Below are positions 33,214 to 40,337 of a stretch of DNA of 42,850 bases, piece by piece. The notes under the pieces are model-generated. The model was given only the letters and a program-made list of their open reading frames with translations, had not been told where the DNA came from and ran no database searches. Position numbers and translations under genes: made by a program. Source of the stretch: a virus; IMG/VR virus record IMGVR_UViG_3300045988_041681, positions 1 through 42,850 of that record; one strand, 5' to 3'. Each line of letters begins with the position of its first letter. Position 1 is the first letter of the stretch.

Positions 33214-33246
33214 AAAATAAAAAAGCACGCCCAAAATAGGACGTGC
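33214..33246 (-). terminator. Rho-independent terminator directly upstream of the tRNA
   Basis: GCACGTCC-tatttt-GGGCGTGC, then TTTTTTATTTT, on the minus strand. Confidence 0.75.
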
Positions 33247-33366
33247 CATGCATCATCCAATAACTATTCTAGGTTAGCGAACAGAATCCCTTTTTCTGTC
33301 CGGTACTTTTAATATTCTTTTCAATATATATTTTAACCTATTTTAAACAACTTTTTGTACCATTTT

Positions 33367-33395
33367 AAAAAGGGCAGATTGCTCCACCCCTTTTT
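33367..33395 (-). terminator. Weak terminator-like hairpin after the accessory island
   Basis: AAAAAGGG-N13-CCCTTTTT. Confidence 0.4.
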
Positions 33396-33396
33396 G

Positions 33397-33606
33397 CTAT
33401 TTCCCACCAAAATACCTTCTAAGTACTTCTTTTTCTTCTTCCACAATGCAATCCTTTTTTAATCTGTTGCACTGGTCGTATATATACTTTCCGTACTCTT
33501 CTAATTTGGCTATCATTGCATTTTTATTTTCCAATGTAGGATTTTTAATGTATTCTTTTTTAAGTCCTATATAGTCCTCATACTGCTTTATAACATCCAT
33601 TTTCAA
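33397..33606 (-). CDS. Hypothetical protein, 69 aa
   Basis: Intact ORF; last gene of the island. Confidence 0.5.
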   Translation of the reverse strand: MKMDVIKQYEDYIGLKKEYIKNPTLENKNAMIAKLEEYGKYIYDQCNRLKKDCIVEEEKEVLRRYFGGK

Positions 33607-33919
33607 TTACCCCATTCAAAATATCATCTGCTATGCCAACGACTTCTTTTCCATAAAGAGACAGAAAATCCGCTACGATTTCCTCTACATCTATTGGAAT
33701 TTGGCAGTCATATGAAAATGAAGCGCAGTGTACCAACTCATGAGATAGAACTCGCTCTAAAAGACTTCCGCTTAATGCATTTGACAAATAAACCGTTCGT
33801 TTGCTCCAATCTGTAACACCAAGTGTAATTGTTCCATCTGAACGCATCAAGCATTCACTATTAGGATTTACATATAAAATATTCCATTCAACATCATTGA
33901 TTTTAAACACTGCGCTCAC
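33578..33919 (-). CDS. Small putative zinc metallopeptidase (HExxH), 113 aa
   Basis: VLSHELVHC motif after a TVYLSNAL segment. Confidence 0.55.
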   Translation of the reverse strand: MSAVFKINDVEWNILYVNPNSECLMRSDGTITLGVTDWSKRTVYLSNALSGSLLERVLSHELVHCASFSYDCQIPIDVEEIVADFLSLYGKEVVGIADDILNGVIENGCYKAV

Positions 33920-33922
33920 CTC

Positions 33923-34573
33923 TTAGATTTTCTGTAACATCATCTGTAATTCATTTCTCCACATCTGCTTTTCTTCCGGGGCTGCATCTGATGTCATTTC
34001 AGTAATATCCATCTGCATATCTCGCAAGTAATCTTTTCTTGCTTTTGCACGCTCTTTTTTATCTTCTTCTGAATTGCCATGATGGTTTTCTCTGGTTTCC
34101 ATATAAGTACGTCTGGAAATACCGGCTTTTCCCTCTCTGGAATCCCTCGGATATGATCTATCTCCCATCATTCCGGTATCTGTATACATCCTTTTCAGGT
34201 CTTTCTTATCCATGTCTCTCATGTGCTCTGCATCTTCGTAATCATCCGGGTACATGTGATAATATGGGGGTTCATCATATCCTCTTCGTTTTCCTCTGCC
34301 TTTCGGTGCAAATCTTCCATCAGCATAACGATACCGGTCGTAATATCTTCGGTCATCCCCATACTCTAAAAGCTTCTCCATGATATCTGTTTCGTCCGCT
34401 TCGTTCATTGCCTTAGTAATTGTGGCATAATACTCTGCTTCTGACAGATCCTTTATCATGTCGATCACTTCTCCCATTTCTTCTGTGCTGACATTCTCAA
34501 TCCCTTTTTCAATCTCACATAAGGATTTTTCAGCAAGGCATTCAAGCATTTTATGAATTCTTTCAATATGCAT
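33923..34573 (-). CDS. Highly charged R/D/E/Y/M-rich protein, 216 aa
   Basis: Low-complexity core DRRYYDRYRYADGRFAPKGRGKRRGYDEPPYYHMYPDDYED. Confidence 0.55.
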   Translation of the reverse strand: MHIERIHKMLECLAEKSLCEIEKGIENVSTEEMGEVIDMIKDLSEAEYYATITKAMNEADETDIMEKLLEYGDDRRYYDRYRYADGRFAPKGRGKRRGYDEPPYYHMYPDDYEDAEHMRDMDKKDLKRMYTDTGMMGDRSYPRDSREGKAGISRRTYMETRENHHGNSEEDKKERAKARKDYLRDMQMDITEMTSDAAPEEKQMWRNELQMMLQKI

Positions 34574-34576
34574 ATA

Positions 34577-34999
34577 CTAAGCCTCCCTTACTACAATTAA
34601 ATTACTGTTTTGAACCTCGATAGCCTGTCCAGATGTATTCTGAACCGCTATTGCGCTGCTGTATCCATAAGCAACATCTACATAAACCTGTGCAGATACA
34701 TTGAATAAGTTTTCTGCTGCCGCAGGTGTTACGATCATTCTTGTAGACTGTAAAGGCTCTCCGTCAATTGCGATTGCAAGAGAAATAGCTTCCACCGTTC
34801 CACCGGTTGGGATCTGGATATTTCCGCTATAAGATACAAGAAATCTTGCTTTGCACTGGTTTGTGATTCCTCTTAATTTAACTACTCCGCTTCCCTGTCT
34901 GTGAACGATACATTTTGTTCCGCAAACCGGTGTCTCAGTAAATGCGACATCTTCTCCTTGCAGTACAGTCTGTAAAGCATTGGCTGTAAATTCTGACAT
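34577..34999 (-). CDS. Beta-rich protein, 140 aa. Possible C1q/TNF-like jelly-roll (BclA C-terminal-domain-like).
   Basis: Alternating hydrophobic pattern (FLVSYSGNIQIP...AISLAIAIDGEPL...VQNTSGQAIEVQNSNLIVV). The family call is from memory only. Confidence 0.5.
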   Translation of the reverse strand: MSEFTANALQTVLQGEDVAFTETPVCGTKCIVHRQGSGVVKLRGITNQCKARFLVSYSGNIQIPTGGTVEAISLAIAIDGEPLQSTRMIVTPAAAENLFNVSAQVYVDVAYGYSSAIAVQNTSGQAIEVQNSNLIVVREA

Positions 35000-35017
35000 A
35001 ATATTTTCCTCTCTTTC

Positions 35018-35051
35018 AAAAATATAAGGGCAAACATTGAAGTCTGCCCTT
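35018..35051 (-). terminator. Terminator-like hairpin inside the island
   Basis: AAGGGCA-N12-TGCCCTT, then ATATTTTT, on the minus strand. Confidence 0.5.
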
Positions 35052-35118
35052 TGTGTTTAAGTAATACTGCTATGCAGACATAATCTTGTCGATTAAGATA
35101 CTTTAATTATTCAGTTGT

Positions 35119-35865
35119 CTAACATCCGCATCCAGTATTGCAACCACATCCATACGGAATGTATGTGTTCGGGTTTGGCACCTGGTATGCTGGGATTGGT
35201 GATGGATTAACAGCGCTGATAATATGATTTGTCTGTGCTGTCATAGCGGTAGTCAGAAGTGCGTTCTGTCTATCCTGTGATGCTGCAAGTCTCAAATCAT
35301 TATTTTCTGCCTGCAACGTTGCGATCTTATCCTGGCATAAGTAGTCAAGTATCGCTCTTGTTCCGGCATTCTGGCTGTCAATAATATCTCTCGTGTTGTT
35401 GTTCATGGTGTTCTGTAATGCGCAAGTGTTCTGCGCCATGTTGAAGTTTACACCCTGGATAGCTTCACGAGTTTCGCAGCAACAATTTGCAAGCTGAGAC
35501 TGAATAGCATTTGCATTCTGCATTCCTGCTACTGTGTCCGCATTAATTGCCTGCTGAATGCTGTTAAATCCTGTCAGCATTCCGTTGTTTACTGCATAAA
35601 AGCCATCACAAAGACCATTTGTAATGCCATCAAGCTTACTTATGACTGCTGAATTGTCAAATCCTCTCTGGATATCAGCCTGTGTAGCCGCAGTTGCGGT
35701 ATAACCGCCACCACCATTACCACCGAATCCATAACCGCCCCATCCACCGAATAAGGCAAAAAGGATAATGAGAACCCACCAACCACCATCGCCCCATGCA
35801 CCATCATTACGGTTTCCACCAGTAACGGCGGCAATGTCCGCTAAACTTGGAGATGAATTAAACAT
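35119..35865 (-). CDS. Gly/Trp-rich membrane-anchored, N/Q/A-rich protein with Cys clusters, 248 aa
   Basis: WWVLIILFALFGGWGGYGFGGNGGGG TM/Gly segment. Internal CCC. C-terminal YGCGCNTGCGC. Confidence 0.6.
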   Translation of the reverse strand: MFNSSPSLADIAAVTGGNRNDGAWGDGGWWVLIILFALFGGWGGYGFGGNGGGGYTATAATQADIQRGFDNSAVISKLDGITNGLCDGFYAVNNGMLTGFNSIQQAINADTVAGMQNANAIQSQLANCCCETREAIQGVNFNMAQNTCALQNTMNNNTRDIIDSQNAGTRAILDYLCQDKIATLQAENNDLRLAASQDRQNALLTTAMTAQTNHIISAVNPSPIPAYQVPNPNTYIPYGCGCNTGCGC

Positions 35866-35916
35866 ATGTGTTCCTCCTAATAAAATTTATTTATACATAA
35901 TCTTGCAAGAATAGTA

Positions 35917-36132
35917 TCAATGTTTAAACTGGCTCATGATTTCTTCCGGGTTTAGACCTTTTTCTTTGCACAAATTTCTGGCAAGCTGTTCCAGCCCTTT
36001 ACTGTCTCCACGGTTCATCATGTCGAATGTATTTTTCATGATCGGATTATTTGAAAATTGAGAGTTGCTCATCATTTGACTTAATATCATCTTAGGGTTT
36101 CCACCGCACTGGATCATCTGCATTAAATTCAT
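35917..36132 (-). CDS. Met/Asn/Gln-rich protein, 71 aa
   Basis: Intact ORF with ATGA overlap to the upstream gene. Confidence 0.5.
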   Translation of the reverse strand: MNLMQMIQCGGNPKMILSQMMSNSQFSNNPIMKNTFDMMNRGDSKGLEQLARNLCKEKGLNPEEIMSQFKH

Positions 36133-36536
36133 TCAGAATCGCTCTCTTTCTTTGCTCTGGTAGTCCTCTGGGACTGAGTTATTTTAGCTTCTATCTGGTC
36201 TAATCGCTCCATTATCGGGGCAAACAATGTTGCCGTGTCTTCTTTCGGTAATTCGTTCTGCTTTCCGTCTAGCTGCGGTTTGTATGTAACTGTCTGAATA
36301 AGCCCATTAGCACCCCACGATTTTATATATATCTCTGATCCATCTGCTTTTGGGAAAATGGCAAATGGTGCATTCATGGGAACGTCATTCGCTGTGACTT
36401 CCTCAACAGAATTAACCATTCTTCCGCAAAGTCCAGCTTGTTGCGGCATGATTTGTTGCGGGAATTGCTGTTGAATCTGCTGTGGCTGTTGATATTGAGG
36501 ATAAGAATACTGGTTATATCTCTGATACTCGTACAT
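36129..36536 (-). CDS. Protein with Q/Y/P-rich (prion-like) N-terminus, 135 aa
   Basis: MYEYQRYNQYSYPQYQQPQQIQQQFPQQIMPQQ, followed by a globular segment. GAGAGG RBS. Confidence 0.55.
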   Translation of the reverse strand: MYEYQRYNQYSYPQYQQPQQIQQQFPQQIMPQQAGLCGRMVNSVEEVTANDVPMNAPFAIFPKADGSEIYIKSWGANGLIQTVTYKPQLDGKQNELPKEDTATLFAPIMERLDQIEAKITQSQRTTRAKKESDSE

Positions 36537-36614
36537 AATAAACCTCTCTTTCTATCTTCATTTTATTATTAACAACACAATTGAACCACCCCAGTAAAAC
36601 CCCATTAAAAGGAC

Positions 36615-36643
36615 ACAAAAAAGACACCCTTAACGGATGTCTT
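36615..36643 (-). terminator. Rho-independent terminator after the island regulator gene
   Basis: AAGACATCC-gttaa-GGGTGTCTT, then TTTT, on the minus strand. Confidence 0.65.
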
Positions 36644-36657
36644 TAATGATGAGAAAG

Positions 36658-36879
36658 TTATGTAAAATGTTGTCCAGTTACCTTAAGAATTTTATGTTGC
36701 ATTTTTACGTTAATACGTCCGGCTGTCTTAGTCGAAATATGCATAATTTCTGCACATTCTTCTAGCGACTTTTCTTTCTTCCGTAAATCAAAGAGCGTTT
36801 CTTCTGTCGGTGTGAAATCACACAATTCTTTTATATGCTCTTTTTCTTCTTTGGTAAAGCACGTAACAATGTTTTTCAT
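36658..36879 (-). CDS. Small sigma-70 region-4-like HTH protein, 73 aa
   Basis: LFDLRKKEKSLEECAEIMHISTKTAGRINVKMQHKI resembles a region 4.2 HTH. Confidence 0.55.
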   Translation of the reverse strand: MKNIVTCFTKEEKEHIKELCDFTPTEETLFDLRKKEKSLEECAEIMHISTKTAGRINVKMQHKILKVTGQHFT

Positions 36880-36992
36880 TTGCTTTACCTCATTTGGGGG
36901 AGTTTCCGGCTATGACGGTGAGTTGTTATCTCGCTTGAGTTCCACTGCATTAATTAAAGAAAGGTGGATAACCAAGTATGTATGGTTAACAC

Positions 36993-37006
36993 GTTATTAT
37001 AATAAC
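36993..37006. promoter_or_regulatory. Perfect 14-bp palindrome GTTATTATAATAAC containing TATAAT
   Basis: Read directly. It lies between the gp7-like gene stop and the island regulator gene. Confidence 0.4.
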
Positions 37007-37009
37007 ATA

Positions 37010-38293
37010 TTATTCCACTTTCGTTGTACCATTTTTTTCGATTTTATTTTTATAAGCCGTTGCTCGTCCATTTGCAACCGCAGACTGTTTTCTATTAAAT
37101 CCAGAAACCTTCGTTCTATCGCCTTGTAATTGAAGATCATTATTCTTACAGAATGATTGAAGTTTTTTATTCTGCATTCGCAGTTTATATGCAAGTTTAT
37201 CATATTGAGGTTGCAAGATCTCTTTTACATCTGTTTCGGCAATCATATCAAGTTCTTGTTTCTTGGCCATAATTTCACGCTTTGTTTTTCGAATTTCTCT
37301 TTCAAGTGATCTCTGCTTCTGCTGCAAATCATAAAGTTTTTGGCTTTCATCTGCATTTATATTCACATTTCCGTTTTCATCAAGGTACTTATTTACCATG
37401 TCTTTTCGCCACGGGCCATGTGAATGTCTGCAATTGTATCCGTGAAGTCCTAATAGATTCACAACAGTTCCCGTTCCGGTTTTAGGGTCTATGGTATAAC
37501 CTGTGCTTTCAAGAAGATTCGGAAATCCTGGTTCGCTCCCGATTATTTTATATGCTTTTCCTTGCCAGTGATCGTGAGATGGAATCCCTGTTGGATCCTT
37601 TTTATCATATCTTGCCCCCGGATGCGCTGATACTAGAACATACTCTATTTTATATTGTGCAATATAAATGTTTGTCACTTGTGCCGCGGTCTGATTCATA
37701 GATGTGACGATGCAACACCTCACTGCCGCTTCAAGAGAACGCTTCGTTCCAGTAGGGTATTCTACCATAACACCAGATTCCGCATATCTATCCAGAACTT
37801 CGCAGACTGCACTGCTGTAAGACTGCATTCCAGATGCAACTCTATAATCAACCTCATTCAGCATGTTGAGCAAGTCTTTCTGTGTCTGGTTAATGGTTGT
37901 TTTTGTCAAATTATCAAGTTCACCGGATGTCTTTATTAATTCTGCATTCATTGCCAGAATTGCCATATTATTTTTTAGAGGAGATATAATATCTGATGCT
38001 GATATCTGCGTCAAGACTTCCTTATCATCTGAGAATGATGTCATAACACTATCCCTTAATAATCTGCGAACCTCATTTCTCGATTTTCCAGACATTTCAG
38101 ATATTCTTTTTACAATCTCTGTGTTATGCAGTCCCATCTGTTGGAGTTTCCACAATTCTCGGTCGGCAGTTCCTGACAATTCACCGGATTTTATCAATCG
38201 TGTTACAATGTCTGATATAATCCAATTTTCAAGATCCTGATACATCTCAACCAGTTTATCAGTTTTTCCGTAAAAATAATCCGGTCTAAGCAT
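37010..38293 (-). CDS. Minor head protein, SPP1 gp7 / Mu F family, with coiled-coil C-terminal extension
   Basis: N-terminal LVEMYQDLENWIISDIVTRL and central AHPGARYD...HWQGKAY motifs. Position after the portal gene. Confidence 0.8.
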   Translation of the reverse strand: MLRPDYFYGKTDKLVEMYQDLENWIISDIVTRLIKSGELSGTADRELWKLQQMGLHNTEIVKRISEMSGKSRNEVRRLLRDSVMTSFSDDKEVLTQISASDIISPLKNNMAILAMNAELIKTSGELDNLTKTTINQTQKDLLNMLNEVDYRVASGMQSYSSAVCEVLDRYAESGVMVEYPTGTKRSLEAAVRCCIVTSMNQTAAQVTNIYIAQYKIEYVLVSAHPGARYDKKDPTGIPSHDHWQGKAYKIIGSEPGFPNLLESTGYTIDPKTGTGTVVNLLGLHGYNCRHSHGPWRKDMVNKYLDENGNVNINADESQKLYDLQQKQRSLEREIRKTKREIMAKKQELDMIAETDVKEILQPQYDKLAYKLRMQNKKLQSFCKNNDLQLQGDRTKVSGFNRKQSAVANGRATAYKNKIEKNGTTKVE

Positions 38294-38628
38294 TATCCTT
38301 TTCCAACCTCTCTTTTAACAAGATCTATCCACTGCTTACCGTGATTTTCTTTTGCAGTTTCAAACCATCTTTTTCCCGTTCCAGGTGTGTGATATTTTAA
38401 TTCTGTTCCTGTCGGATACTTCTTTTCTCCACGATTCGCCCATGATCTACCGTCTGCCGTCAAATAAAGTTCCCCTACATACTGATAATGCGCATACGGT
38501 GTGTCTACTGTAATTAATCCTGGTTCTTTTATCTGAGTCTTATTTCTCAGGTCGCCCTGCTGCATAGGTGTGTATTTTCTCATGTCATTTACAACCTGTT
38601 CGTCAAGAACATTCTGAGCATTTCTCAA
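38293..38628 (-). CDS. Minor capsid protein-like protein (start uncertain; TTG in the ORF track)
   Basis: YAHYQYVGE and PGTGKRWFE motifs. The frame stays open 93 nt further upstream with no ATG, GTG or TTG. Confidence 0.5.
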   Translation of the reverse strand: MRNAQNVLDEQVVNDMRKYTPMQQGDLRNKTQIKEPGLITVDTPYAHYQYVGELYLTADGRSWANRGEKKYPTGTELKYHTPGTGKRWFETAKENHGKQWIDLVKREVGKG

Positions 38629-38713
38629 ATTTTCATCTATTCTTTTAGTGTCAAGCTTAATATTAAAGCTTCCAATGACTTTATTATATTTTATATTAAC
38701 GCATCCCTTTCTA

Positions 38714-38872
38714 TCACTTCTTTAAATAAAACTTAATTGTCTCTATCGCAGTCTTTTTCTGCAACTTTATCTGAACCAACTCCGGCGGTTCAGGTTCAGG
38801 GATAATATATCCACCTTTTAAAATACCATTTTTAGGAAGCTCCGGTAGCCCTTTAATTATTTTACTCCTCAC
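38714..38872 (-). CDS. Possible micro-protein, 52 aa (GTG start)
   Basis: GGTGG lies 7 nt upstream of the GTG at 38872. Fills the gap after the portal gene. Weak call. Confidence 0.25.
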   Translation of the reverse strand: MRSKIIKGLPELPKNGILKGGYIIPEPEPPELVQIKLQKKTAIETIKFYLKK

Positions 38873-40334
38873 CAAACAGACCACCGCTGTTCCTTTCCGC
38901 ATCTTCCTGTGCTCTCTCTGCAAACATGGCATCTACTTCATCATCATTAAATCCCTCGTATTCCTTAAGGTATTTACGCTTAGAATAAATACCCTGAATC
39001 ATTAAATTATATGCTCTTGATCTGTCCTGCTCAAAACTTGCAAGCAAATCTTTAAAATAAAATATATCTTCGTCCGGTACATCATCATCCAGTGCATCCA
39101 CATAGCCTGCCGGGATTCCGTAAAGGTCGCAGAATACATTGATTGCATAAATAAGATTTTTCAACGCTGTCTTTATGCTTTTTCTGATATCGTTAATCGT
39201 TTCTACCGTTTCATTATCGTCACTTTCAACCTGCGTTGCTGTCAATCTTCCTGACTTTCTGTCAAGGATAAACTGCCCTTGTGAAAATCCGCATTTTGTC
39301 GAAATCATAGATAGCACGCTGTTAATGTCTGTGATTCTGTCAGAAGTAAGCATGGTCGGGACGTGTTCATCAATCGTGCTTTTTGAATCCAGCCCCAATT
39401 TCAAGCCTTTAACGAACCGAGGAAGTTCTACTGTTGAGGAACGGATGCCGCCTTTTCCCTGTTTTGTCATGGCGTTCTCATCAATGAAAGTAATGTGCTG
39501 CGAATCCTCAACTTCATTCCCTTTTTTACTCCATGCTATATCGAGATCTCTAAGCTCCATAAGTGCATTTGAGAAAATCGAGACACCTTCTGGAGATGAG
39601 TAGTCGATCGTATTGTTAAATGGTGTTTTTAAATAGGCGAACAGTGGCTTTTCTACGTTCATAATATGAACGACTTCATCAATTGAAGACCACTCCGAAA
39701 CGTCATGCAGTTCTATCTTTTTACCAAGTGAGTTACTGCTGTTTGACTTGAACGCTCTATTCTGGATCTCGTAAACGTTCACATCTTCGCCCTCTTTATT
39801 TTTTGAGGTCGTGAAATGATGGTATTCAAGCCGGTAATAATACACTTTATCTTTTATAATTCGATTAATAAAGATGCATCCTCTAATATCTCCGTTGCTG
39901 GTCTTTTCTGTAATCGCAAAGTCCCACGGCATAATATAATCTATCATGTTGTCTGGGTTCATTGAGCCGTTCGGCTTTAAGATAATTCCGCCAACTCCTA
40001 GCATATCTTCTACTTTGTCCCGGATAGAAGTGTCAACCATTGCCATGATGCACTTATTAATAAAATCCGCTCTTTCTGAACCTGTTATGCTAACTGATAA
40101 ATCCATGCAAGATTTCTTTGCTGTGTACTGGCAGAGAAATTTTGCAAAATTGATTGTACGGATGTCATTGTTTTTCGGATCCACCCAGAAAGGGCTTCCC
40201 TTAATTATGTCGTTCCATCTCTGCTGTGAGTTTTCAATCTCCGGAGAAGTGATAAACTCGACATTAAATTCTTTCTCAGCATCTGTTCTAAAAAACTTCA
40301 TGATCGTCTCCCTTATTTTTTCAAAAAAATTCAT
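38862..40334 (-). CDS. Portal protein (SPP1 gp6-like)
   Basis: 490 aa, directly downstream of the terminase gene. Acidic C-terminus. Confidence 0.9.
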   Translation of the reverse strand: MNFFEKIRETIMKFFRTDAEKEFNVEFITSPEIENSQQRWNDIIKGSPFWVDPKNNDIRTINFAKFLCQYTAKKSCMDLSVSITGSERADFINKCIMAMVDTSIRDKVEDMLGVGGIILKPNGSMNPDNMIDYIMPWDFAITEKTSNGDIRGCIFINRIIKDKVYYYRLEYHHFTTSKNKEGEDVNVYEIQNRAFKSNSSNSLGKKIELHDVSEWSSIDEVVHIMNVEKPLFAYLKTPFNNTIDYSSPEGVSIFSNALMELRDLDIAWSKKGNEVEDSQHITFIDENAMTKQGKGGIRSSTVELPRFVKGLKLGLDSKSTIDEHVPTMLTSDRITDINSVLSMISTKCGFSQGQFILDRKSGRLTATQVESDDNETVETINDIRKSIKTALKNLIYAINVFCDLYGIPAGYVDALDDDVPDEDIFYFKDLLASFEQDRSRAYNLMIQGIYSKRKYLKEYEGFNDDEVDAMFAERAQEDAERNSGGLFGEE

Positions 40335-40337
40335 TTT

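Noticed and set aside
33067-33249. 60-aa minus-strand ORF
   Set aside because: It exactly covers the tRNA (33142..33213) and the terminator hairpin, so it is a spurious translation of structured RNA.
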